Position numbers and translations under genes: made by a program. From Candidatus Dormibacteria bacterium (GTDB taxonomy: Bacteria; Chloroflexota; Dormibacteria; Aeolococcales; Bog-877), in NCBI GenBank assembly GCA_050733915.1, contig JBOHUH010000031.1, forward strand, positions 84-64,083: DNA of 64,000 nucleotides, given 5' to 3'. Positions 18,567 through 28,885 of the stretch are shown here, piece by piece; position 1 is the first letter of the stretch, and each line of letters starts with the position of its first letter. A model generated the notes under the pieces. It saw only the letters and a program-made list of their open reading frames with translations. It searched no databases and had not been told where the DNA came from.

Positions 18567-19448
18567 TTAGTCCCAACCCGGCCGAGGTGGCTCGACGCTC
18601 GCCTCGGGGTGGGGGTGGGCCAGCTCCTCTTCGATCCCGACCACGAAGCGGCGGCCCCGGCTGTCGAACAGCACCTCCACCGGGGCCCCGTAGAGGCGGG
18701 AGAGCACCTCCGAGGTGACCACCTGCTCCGGGGTGCCGATCGCCAGGCCCCCGCACGCAACGTAGCAGACCCGGTCGATCACCCCTCGGAGCGGGTTGAG
18801 GTCGTGGGCCACGATGACCACCGCCAGGTGCCGGGCCTTGGCTAGGTGCCCGATCAGCTCAGCCATGCTGGCCTGGCTGCGGACATCCAGGTTGGCGAGC
18901 GGCTCGTCGAGGAGGAGCAGCGAGGGCTGGCCCACCAGGGCCTGGGCCAGGAGCAGCCGCTGGCGCTCCCCGCCGGACATCTGACCCAGCTTGCGCTGGG
19001 CGTACCCCGCAGCCCCCACCGCCTCGATCGCGGCGGTCACCGCGTCGAGGCGAGCATGGTCGGAGCGTCCGGGGAGCCGGAAGCCCCAGCGGTGTCCGTC
19101 GAGTCCCAGCTGGACCAGGTCAACCCCTCGGAGCGCGATCTCCGGGTCCACGGCCCTGGCCTGGGGCACATAGCCGATCACGGGGTTGCCCCGGGTCGGC
19201 GGCGCGCCCAGCACCGCGACGCTGCCTGCCCGAGGCGGCACCAGGCCCAGCAGCAGCTTGAGCAGGGTGGACTTGCCGGCCCCGTTGGGACCGAGGACGG
19301 CCACGAACTCCCCCGCCTGGATGTCGAAGCTGGCCTCGCTCCAGACCGGGCGGTCCCCGTATGCCGCCGCCAGGTGGCGCACCGACACCACCGGGCCCGG
19401 AGCCGCGGCCCGGCCTGGAACCGGTGCCCTCGGGATGGTCGCAGTCAT
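18567..19448 (-). CDS. metal ABC transporter ATP-binding protein
   Basis: Walker A is GPNGAGKST, the signature is LSGGERQR, and Walker B is LLLLDEP. Confidence 0.9.
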   Translation of the reverse strand: MTATIPRAPVPGRAAAPGPVVSVRHLAAAYGDRPVWSEASFDIQAGEFVAVLGPNGAGKSTLLKLLLGLVPPRAGSVAVLGAPPTRGNPVIGYVPQARAVDPEIALRGVDLVQLGLDGHRWGFRLPGRSDHARLDAVTAAIEAVGAAGYAQRKLGQMSGGERQRLLLAQALVGQPSLLLLDEPLANLDVRSQASMAELIGHLAKARHLAVVIVAHDLNPLRGVIDRVCYVACGGLAIGTPEQVVTSEVLSRLYGAPVEVLFDSRGRRFVVGIEEELAHPHPEASVEPPRPGWD

Positions 19449-20386
19449 GGCCCTGAGTGATCCCGGCGCAGCGCCCTGGTCAGGGCGCTGAGCTGGCGGC
19501 CCATCCAGGCCTCGAAGCTGAGCCGGGGTGGGTCGATCGTCTCCGAGACCGCCACCACCGGGATCCCCTTGGCCAGCGCCTGCTGGCGCAGTCCGGAGGT
19601 GAGCGGCGAGATGGTCTGGCGGTTGTAGACCAGCACCCTGAAGCGCTTTCCGGCGATCTGCCGGTCGAAGGTGGCGACGCTGGCGGCGGGGGGATCGATC
19701 CCCTCTGAGACCGCCTGCATGAACGAAACCGGGGTCACCAGGCGCAGGTGGAGATAGGTGGCCAGGTACTGGAAGATGCTCTCGGTCGCGCCCACCGGGG
19801 TCCCGGCGAAATGGCCCCTCAGATAGCGGAGCTGGGAGCGGTAGGGGGCGAGGGCGCGCTCCACCGCGGCGTGCCGGGAGGCGAAGTAGGCGGCAGCGGC
19901 GGGCTCCGCCGCCCGGTAGTCACGGGTGATCTGGTCAACCACCCGGAAGACGTCGCCGGGGCTGTACCAGAAGTGGGGATTCTCTCCAGCGCTGCGGTGC
20001 AGCAGATGGGCCACCGCCAGCACCCGGCGGCCGGGCTCGGATTGGGCCGAGAGCAGCCGCCGAGCCCAGTCGTCGTAGCCGGCGCCGTTGATGATCACAA
20101 CCCTGGCGGAGGCGAAGGCCTGGGCGTCGGCCGAACTGCTCTCGTACTCGTGGGGATCGGCGTTGGGATCGGTGACGATGCTGGTGACCTGAACCCGGCT
20201 TCCGCCCAGCTGTCGGGCCAGGCTGCCCCAGAAGTTCTCCGCCGCGACCACCCGAAGAGGTTGCGCTCGGGCGAGGGCGGCTGAGCCCAGGAGGAGCTGG
20301 GCTCCGACGACCCCTCCCAGGATCAGGGCCAGACCCTGACGACCGCGGCGGCCGCGGTGGACGGGGTGGCGCCACGTGCTCATCAC
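19445..20386 (-). CDS. metal ABC transporter substrate-binding protein (ZnuA/TroA family)
   Basis: A signal-like N-terminus is followed by the DPH.YE metal-ligand block (NADPHEYESS), typical of cluster A-I binding proteins. An ATGA overlap joins it to the ATPase gene. Confidence 0.85.
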   Translation of the reverse strand: MMSTWRHPVHRGRRGRQGLALILGGVVGAQLLLGSAALARAQPLRVVAAENFWGSLARQLGGSRVQVTSIVTDPNADPHEYESSSADAQAFASARVVIINGAGYDDWARRLLSAQSEPGRRVLAVAHLLHRSAGENPHFWYSPGDVFRVVDQITRDYRAAEPAAAAYFASRHAAVERALAPYRSQLRYLRGHFAGTPVGATESIFQYLATYLHLRLVTPVSFMQAVSEGIDPPAASVATFDRQIAGKRFRVLVYNRQTISPLTSGLRQQALAKGIPVVAVSETIDPPRLSFEAWMGRQLSALTRALRRDHSGP

Positions 20387-20389
20387 CCA

Positions 20390-20417
20390 ATTATAATGAG
20401 AATGGGAACCAAATCAA
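20390..20417 (-). promoter_or_regulatory. candidate promoter (TTGATT-16-TATAAT) and AT-rich imperfect palindrome, possible Zur operator
   Basis: This is the only AT-rich patch in the area. The minus strand reads TTGATT...CCCATTCTCATTATAATTGGGTGATG. The -10 hexamer TATAAT ends 6 nt before ATG 20383, which implies a leaderless mRNA. Confidence 0.45.
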
Positions 20418-20450
20418 GCTTCTGGAGGAGACGAGCGGAGCCGGCCTGAG

Positions 20451-21479
20451 TCAGTAGGCGGCTTCGATGGGTCCGCGCCACTCCCTGGGCACCGTCTCCA
20501 GGTAGATGGGGAGCTGGTCCCGGGTCAACCCCGCCGCAGCCAGCGAGGTGGGTAGTTCCAGCTCGTCGACCAGCTCCCGGCAGGCCCCGGCCACGGCCCT
20601 CGGGCCGCCGACCTGAAAGGGTGCGGCAAGGGCGGCGATGCGCCCAGGCTCCAACTCCGCGGTTCGCTCGATGACAACTGGGAGGAGGACGCAGGAGGTG
20701 ATCCCGTGAGGGATGCCGAAGGGGGCGCCCAGCAGCTTGCCCAGGGAGTGGCTGGGGCCCATGGGCACCGAGGCCAGCCCCAGCGCGGCCCACCAGGCGG
20801 CCAGCTGGGCCGAGTAACGTGCGGAGTCGTCGCCGGGGTCGCGGTGGCAGGCGGGCAGCGCCTGGCGCAGGCGCCTGATCGCTTCCTGGGCGAGATGGTC
20901 GGCGAGCGGGTCGGTCACCTCGGAGCAGATCGTCTCCACGGCGTGGTCGAGCGCCCGGATGCCACTCCCCAGCCAGAGTCGCGGCGGGGTGTGCCGGCTG
21001 AGCTCGGGGTCGAGGAACACCACCCGGGGGGCGGCGCCCCGGTCCGCGACCCTGCGCTTCTGCCGGCTCGCCGCGTCAGTGATCCCGGCACTGGCCGTGA
21101 ACTCCGCCCCCGACAGGGTCGTCGGCAGCGCCAGGTGGACGATCTCCGCGCCCGCCTGGTGCACCGCCGCCTTGCAGCCGTCGATCACGCTGCCCCCGCC
21201 GACGCTCACCACCGCGTCGGCGCCGAGCTCTCTCAGCTGAGCCGCCAGCTCCGCGACCGCCGCCTCCGGGGTGTGCTGGCTGAGCCCGGTGTAGGTCGCC
21301 TGGTGCACCTCGGCCAAGGCCCGCTCCAGCTCCTGGACCGCGGGGGTCTGCTGCGCCAGGGTTGCCGAGCTGGCCAGGGCCACCCGGGTCGCTCCGAGGC
21401 GCTCCAGCTCCGCAGGCAGGAGCTGGCGGACCCGGGCCCCGTGGAGCACCCGCTGCACCGGCGAGCTCACGTGGGTCAT
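20451..21479 (-). CDS. iron-containing alcohol dehydrogenase family protein (maleylacetate-reductase-like)
   Basis: The GGGSVIDGCKA nucleotide-binding block is present, and length and sequence are consistent with the Fe-ADH superfamily. Confidence 0.8.
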   Translation of the reverse strand: MTHVSSPVQRVLHGARVRQLLPAELERLGATRVALASSATLAQQTPAVQELERALAEVHQATYTGLSQHTPEAAVAELAAQLRELGADAVVSVGGGSVIDGCKAAVHQAGAEIVHLALPTTLSGAEFTASAGITDAASRQKRRVADRGAAPRVVFLDPELSRHTPPRLWLGSGIRALDHAVETICSEVTDPLADHLAQEAIRRLRQALPACHRDPGDDSARYSAQLAAWWAALGLASVPMGPSHSLGKLLGAPFGIPHGITSCVLLPVVIERTAELEPGRIAALAAPFQVGGPRAVAGACRELVDELELPTSLAAAGLTRDQLPIYLETVPREWRGPIEAAY

Positions 21480-21490
21480 CGACCCCCGCC

Positions 21491-24163
<2,673 letters not shown>

Positions 24164-24231
24164 GCTGCCTCCACCTTGCATCCACTTCAGCCGACCCTTC
24201 CATCTTAGTTGCGGACCCCGACTTGGCTGAT

Positions 24232-24272
24232 CCTGATCACGTTTGACACTGAGATCAGGCGGTGGCCATACT
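24232..24272 (+). promoter_or_regulatory. candidate sigma70-type promoter of the oxidase operon with flanking inverted repeat
   Basis: TTGACA (24243-24248) is separated by 18 nt from CATACT (24267-24272). A perfect 7-bp inverted repeat, CCTGATC (24232-24238) and GATCAGG (24253-24259), brackets the -35 element. Confidence 0.35.
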
Positions 24273-24343
24273 CGAGAGGCCTTTTGGCGTGGACCCCGGG
24301 CACGGTGGCCGGCGGGTCCCAGCAGGGAGTTGCGGAGGACCGG

Positions 24344-25087
24344 TTGAAGACCAGAGGCGCCCATCTCGGCGGCAAGCTGCTCGTCGGCACCTGCCTGGGC
24401 ACCCTCGGAGCCGCTGTCCTCAGTCTCAGCCCGGCGCTGGCGGCCAACACCAACTTCCTGGCCCCGGCCGGGCCCCCGGGGCGGACCATCGACATGCTCT
24501 TCTACGTCTTCCTGGCCTGCTCCATCGTGGTGCTGGTGGGGGTTGGCGGGGCCATCATCTTCGCCTGCTTCAAGTTCCGCCGCCGCTCGGACGACGAGAT
24601 GCCGCGCCAGATTCATGGGAATCGCCGCCTGGAGCGATCCTGGGTCATCGGGCCGGCGCTGCTCCTCTTTGCCCTATTCATCTTCAACGTGGTCAATGTG
24701 GGCTACCTGCGCAACGGTCCCAGCCCGGCCACCCCGGCCGGCCGGGACCCGGTCAAGGTCAAGGTCACCGGCCAGCAGTTCGAGTGGAGCTTCACCTATT
24801 CCAACGGCAAGAAGTCGATCACCACCTTGGAGATCCCGGTCAACGCCCCGATCTACCTGACCACCATCTCCAAGGACGTGATCCATGGCTTCTGGGTGCC
24901 CGACCTGGGGGCAAAGATCGACGCCCTGCCGGGGATCACCAACCACGCCTTCATCGAGGCCAGCCAGAAGGGCACCTACCAGGGCCAGTGCTACGAGTTC
25001 TGCGGGGTGGGCCACGACCAGATGCTGATCACCGTCAAGGTGGTCTCGATGGCGCAATACCAGAGTTACATCAACCACCTGTCCTGA
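24344..25087 (+). CDS. ctaC: cytochrome c oxidase subunit II (no fused cytochrome c domain)
   Basis: The CuA motif is CYEFCGVGHDQM. There is a signal/TM N-terminus and two TM helices. The start is tentatively TTG 24344, after GGAGGA (24334-24339). The ORF-track start at 24209 lies upstream of the predicted promoter. Confidence 0.85.
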   Translation: MKTRGAHLGGKLLVGTCLGTLGAAVLSLSPALAANTNFLAPAGPPGRTIDMLFYVFLACSIVVLVGVGGAIIFACFKFRRRSDDEMPRQIHGNRRLERSWVIGPALLLFALFIFNVVNVGYLRNGPSPATPAGRDPVKVKVTGQQFEWSFTYSNGKKSITTLEIPVNAPIYLTTISKDVIHGFWVPDLGAKIDALPGITNHAFIEASQKGTYQGQCYEFCGVGHDQMLITVKVVSMAQYQSYINHLS

Positions 25088-25104
25088 GCTGCCAGTGAGG
25101 AACC

Positions 25105-26763
25105 ATGGCCACCGCTGATATACCCCTGACCAGGCCGGTCCCCCGCCCCTATGAAAAGGTGTGGGAGTGGGTCACCACCACCGACCACAAGCGCATCGCC
25201 ATCCTCTATCTGTTCACCACTTTCATCTTCTTTTTCATCGGCGGCTTGATGGCCCTGCTGATGCGCACCCAGCTGGCCGAGCCCAACAACAACCTGCTCA
25301 CCGCGCAGCAGTACGACCAGCTCTTCACCATCCACGGGACCACCATGATCTTCCTGTTCGTGATCCCGGTCTGGAGCGCCTTCGGGAACTTCATGGTTCC
25401 GCTGATGATCGGGGCCAAGGACATGGCCTTTCCCAGGATCAACGCGTTTGCGTTCTGGCTGGTGCCGCTGGGTGGGCTGGTCATGTACAGCGGCTTCCTG
25501 CTCCCCGGCGGCGCCGCCTCCGACGGTTGGACCGGCTACGTCACCCTGGCGGAGAAGCTCTACACCCCCCAGGTCGGGCAGGACGTCTGGATCCTGGGCC
25601 TGCACATCCTGGGGATCTCCTCGGTGATGGGCGCGGTCAACTTCCTGGTCACCATCCACCGCCTGCGGGCTCCCGGGATGACCTGGTTCAGGATCCCCCT
25701 CTTCGTCTGGGCCATGGAGGTGACCTCGGCCCTGGTGCTGCTGGCTTCGCCGTTCCTGGCGGGTTCCTTGGCGATGGTCCTCTTGGACCGCCAGTTGGGC
25801 ACCAACTTCTTCAATCCCAGTGGCGGCGGCAACGTCATCCTCTACCAACTCATCTTCTGGTTCTACTCGCACCCTGCGGTCTACATCATGGTGCTCCCCG
25901 GCTTCGGGATCATCTCCGAGGTGATCCCGGTCTTCACCCGTAAACCGATCTTTGGCTATCGCGCCATGGCGATTTCCATGGCCGCCATCGCGGTGCTGGG
26001 ATTCCTGGTCTTCGCGCACCACATGTTCACGGTGGGGCTGCCTCTGCCGGTGCAGATCTTCTTCATGGCCACCACCATGATCATCGCCGTGCCCACGGGG
26101 GTGAAGATATTCAACTGGTTGGGCACCCTCTGGGGTGGTTCCATTCGCTTCACCACCGCGATGCTCTTCGCGGTGGGCTTCGTGCTGATGTTCCTCATTG
26201 GCGGCCTGGACGGCGTTTTCCTCGCCTCGCTGGGAATCGATTACGAGCTCAACGGCACCTACTGGGTGGTCGCCCACATCCACTACGTCCTGGTGGGCGG
26301 CTCGCTGTTCGCGGTGATGGCGGGGGTCTACTACTGGTGGCCCAAGATGTTCGGCCGCTACCTCAACGAGCGTCTCGGCAAGTGGAACTTCTGGCTCCTG
26401 ATCATCGGCTTCAACGTCACCTTCATGCCCATGCACATCCTGGGAGTGCTGGGGATGCCCCGGCGGATCGCCAGCTACGGAATCGATCGCGGCTGGGGGG
26501 CGCTCAACCTGACCTCGACGGTCGGTGCTTTCATCATCGGGCTGTCGATCCTGATATTCATCTACAACGTGGTGCTCTCGCTGCACGGCCCCAAGACGGC
26601 GGTCAACGACCCCTGGGAGGGCAACTCCCTGGAGTGGTACACCACCTCGCCACCGCCGCCGCAGAACTTTGAAGACGTACCCGAAGTGCACAGCGACCGG
26701 CCCCTGCGCGACCTCCGCCTCGCTGGCCACCAGATCAATCCTCCGGGTGCCGTTCTGCCTTGA
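25105..26763 (+). CDS. ctaD: cytochrome c oxidase subunit I (A2-type signature)
   Basis: The 552-aa protein has the canonical HCO blocks (WFFGHPEVY-equivalent, VPTGVK, HFHYV-equivalent). The helix VI motif reads FWFYSHPAVY. Confidence 0.95.
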   Translation: MATADIPLTRPVPRPYEKVWEWVTTTDHKRIAILYLFTTFIFFFIGGLMALLMRTQLAEPNNNLLTAQQYDQLFTIHGTTMIFLFVIPVWSAFGNFMVPLMIGAKDMAFPRINAFAFWLVPLGGLVMYSGFLLPGGAASDGWTGYVTLAEKLYTPQVGQDVWILGLHILGISSVMGAVNFLVTIHRLRAPGMTWFRIPLFVWAMEVTSALVLLASPFLAGSLAMVLLDRQLGTNFFNPSGGGNVILYQLIFWFYSHPAVYIMVLPGFGIISEVIPVFTRKPIFGYRAMAISMAAIAVLGFLVFAHHMFTVGLPLPVQIFFMATTMIIAVPTGVKIFNWLGTLWGGSIRFTTAMLFAVGFVLMFLIGGLDGVFLASLGIDYELNGTYWVVAHIHYVLVGGSLFAVMAGVYYWWPKMFGRYLNERLGKWNFWLLIIGFNVTFMPMHILGVLGMPRRIASYGIDRGWGALNLTSTVGAFIIGLSILIFIYNVVLSLHGPKTAVNDPWEGNSLEWYTTSPPPPQNFEDVPEVHSDRPLRDLRLAGHQINPPGAVLP

Positions 26764-27764
26764 CCAGACCCCCTGGGTCGCCGCGATGGGAGCGCTTCGC
26801 CCCCGCGCTTCCCGTCCTCGCGGTGCTGACCGGGATCATCACCTACCTCCTCGTGATCCTGGGCAGCACGGTGCGGGTGACCGAGTCCGGGATGGGCTGT
26901 CCCGGGTGGCCGCTCTGCTACGGCCAGCTGGGTCCGGTGGACAACTTCCACTCCATCCTGGAGCAGTCCCACCGCTACGTGGTCTCGCTGGTGACGGTGC
27001 TGGTGATCCTGACCGCTCTGGCGGCCTGGTACTTCGCCCGCCAGCATCGCGCGGTGCTGGTCCCGGCGCTGGCCGCGCTGGTGATCATCGTGATCCAGAT
27101 CATCCTGGGCGCGATCACTGTGATCACCCACAACGCCCCCTTCACCGTGGCCCTGCACCTGCTCACGGCGATGATCCTGCTAGCGGTGGTCTGGGTCACC
27201 GCGGTGGCCAGTCTGGTGCCGCGAAGATCGGCGGTTGGCCGCCGCCTGGTGCGGCGGGGCTTCTGGGCGGTGGGAGCCACCTTCGTGGTGATGATCTCGG
27301 GCTCCTTGGTGGTCGATGGGGGAGCCACCTACGCGTGCCCGTCCTGGCCGGGTTGCAGTTCGCTGGCCGGGGTCGCCCGGCAGCTGGTGGTGATCCAGGA
27401 GGTTCATCGGCTGGTGGTGCTGATCGCGACCATCCTGATCGCGCTCCTGGTGATGCACGCGGCCCGGCGCTGGCGCGGGTTGGGCGGGGCGCGCTGGGTA
27501 GCCCGCCTGGTCGGGGTCCTGCTGCTGGCTCAGATCGCCGCCGGGGGCCTGGTCGCGACCCTGCAGGCCCCCGACGGCCTGCAGGACCTGCACCTCGCGC
27601 TGGGCTCTGCGACCTGGGCGGCGGTGGTCACCCTGGCGGCGATGGGGTGGTACGCGGCCGCCGACGCCGCACCGACCGGCTCCACCGCGAGCGCCGATCG
27701 TGGTTTACTCGAAGGGATCAACCCCAGGCCGCCGCTGGTGCAGCCGGGCACGGGAGATAGCTGA
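26760..27764 (+). CDS. ctaA: heme A synthase (CtaA/COX15 family)
   Basis: The N-terminal RVTESGMGCPGWPLCYG block is followed by a second Cys pair (ACPSWPGC), with multiple TM helices and conserved His residues. A TTGA overlap joins it to the ctaD stop. Confidence 0.85.
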   Translation: MTRPPGSPRWERFAPALPVLAVLTGIITYLLVILGSTVRVTESGMGCPGWPLCYGQLGPVDNFHSILEQSHRYVVSLVTVLVILTALAAWYFARQHRAVLVPALAALVIIVIQIILGAITVITHNAPFTVALHLLTAMILLAVVWVTAVASLVPRRSAVGRRLVRRGFWAVGATFVVMISGSLVVDGGATYACPSWPGCSSLAGVARQLVVIQEVHRLVVLIATILIALLVMHAARRWRGLGGARWVARLVGVLLLAQIAAGGLVATLQAPDGLQDLHLALGSATWAAVVTLAAMGWYAAADAAPTGSTASADRGLLEGINPRPPLVQPGTGDS

Positions 27765-27889
27765 TGCAGCGTAAGGAGGCCCGGGGCAACATGCGCCTCG
27801 GAATCTTGCTGACCGCGCTGGGGGTGCTGATGTTGGCCACCGCCTTCATCTGGGCCGCCATCTACCTAGGGGCCGCCCATGCCAAGTGA
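27764..27889 (+). CDS. possible 41-aa single-TM micro-protein
   Basis: The sequence is MQRKEARGNMRLGILLTALGVLMLATAFIWAAIYLGAAHAK. Its ATG shares one nucleotide with the ctaA stop (TGATG). It is not in the ORF track because it is under 60 aa. Confidence 0.3.
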   Translation: MQRKEARGNMRLGILLTALGVLMLATAFIWAAIYLGAAHAK

Positions 27890-28109
27890 GCCCCCCCCGG
27901 GGGAGTCACCAACAAGTCCCGCCGGGCCAGGCGCCCACACCGTCCCCGGCCCCAGTTTCTGGCCGATCCTGCTGGCGATCGGGATCGCCATGTCCCTGAT
28001 CGGAGTGATCACCCAGATCGCGGTGGTGGTGATCGGGTTGGTCCTGGTGGTGGCCTCACTGGTCGGTTGGATCCGCGAGGCCCGGAACGAGTACCGCTCG
28101 CTGCACTAG
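27879..28109 (+). CDS. small two-TM protein resembling the C-terminal half of actinobacterial oxidase subunit IV (CtaF-like)
   Basis: This 76-aa protein carries the pattern PSFWPILLAIGIAMSLIG...VVIGLVLVVASLVGWIREARNEY. It parallels the SWWPI...G...FEYY C-terminal hairpin of CtaF-type subunit IV. It overlaps the micro-ORF by 11 nt. Confidence 0.5.
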   Translation: MPSEPPPGESPTSPAGPGAHTVPGPSFWPILLAIGIAMSLIGVITQIAVVVIGLVLVVASLVGWIREARNEYRSLH

Positions 28110-28131
28110 TGCCCGGGCCCGGGGATAGGGC

Positions 28132-28458
28132 GTGCAGATGGGACTGACTCCAACCCTGCTGGCGACCGCACCGCCGAGCGGGGGCGTAGGCCTCGGGATT
28201 GCGATCCTGGCGGTCGGCATCCTGATGGCGGGGGGCGCCGCCATCAGCCTGCGTGGGATCTGGTCCAAGGCCACGCCCCCTGACCCGCTGGCCCGCCAGG
28301 GGCCAATCGCTGAACCCCGGCGACCGTGGCGATCACCCGCCGTCGGTGATCTCCAGGGGCGGCTCCGCCTGCTGGTGAGCTTCGACTTCGGTTGCCTGGC
28401 GCTGGTCGCCGTGGCGCTGATCTTCACCGGCCTGGCGGTGATCTTCCGCTCGCTCTGA
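28132..28458 (+). CDS. hypothetical two-TM membrane protein
   Basis: This 108-aa protein has hydrophobic segments at both ends (GVGLGIAILAVGILMAGGAAI and FGCLALVAVALIFTGLAVIF). Confidence 0.45.
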   Translation: MQMGLTPTLLATAPPSGGVGLGIAILAVGILMAGGAAISLRGIWSKATPPDPLARQGPIAEPRRPWRSPAVGDLQGRLRLLVSFDFGCLALVAVALIFTGLAVIFRSL

Positions 28459-28885
28459 ACCGGGCGCCAGCGAGCGATTGACCAAGCCTGCTCTGGTCTG
28501 GGGGCCGCGCCGCCATGGCCGAGACGGCGCACGTCCCCCAGGCCAAGCCCCACCTCATCCCGCTGCTCGCCCGCGTCGGCGCAGGTGAGGACATCGCCAT
28601 CGCCCGGACTGGCGGCCGAAGGCGCGGCACGCTGGCGTTCAAGTCCGAACCCCCCGGCCCCGGGGTGCGCCCAGCGAGGGACTCGGAGCAGGTGCTGTGC
28701 GACTTGGTAGCAAGCTTCCGCGGGAGTAGCAGTGACCCTCCACCTCGAAACCTGGGCCCGCCTCTGTGGCTGGCAGATCGTCGCCTCGCAGCGGAGGCGG
28801 GCGACCCGAGCCTTCGCCCTGGCTCCCGGGCCGCGATCACCGGCGGAGGCAGCATGCGGTCTGACGCTGGCGACCGCCGCTAACA

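Noticed and set aside
25066-26730. A 554-aa ORF lies antisense to ctaD. Many other long antisense or out-of-frame ORFs appear in the track, for example 296-1351, 15714-17261, 49011-50714, 56484-57845, 62238-63266, and the 5' part of 17167-18756.
   Set aside because: Their products are Arg/Pro/Gly/His-rich low-complexity sequences with no motifs. They fully overlap genes that carry unmistakable family signatures. Long stop-free antisense frames are the expected artefact of very high GC and G/C third-position bias.
28715-28797. GGGAGTAGC (28722-28730), flanked by a possible P1 stem of CTTCCGC and GCGGAGG, is reminiscent of the 5' half of the yybP-ykoY manganese riboswitch. It lies upstream of a membrane protein.
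   Set aside because: I could not find the conserved 3' half of that motif, and the internal helices do not fold convincingly by hand. A 9-nt match alone is insufficient.
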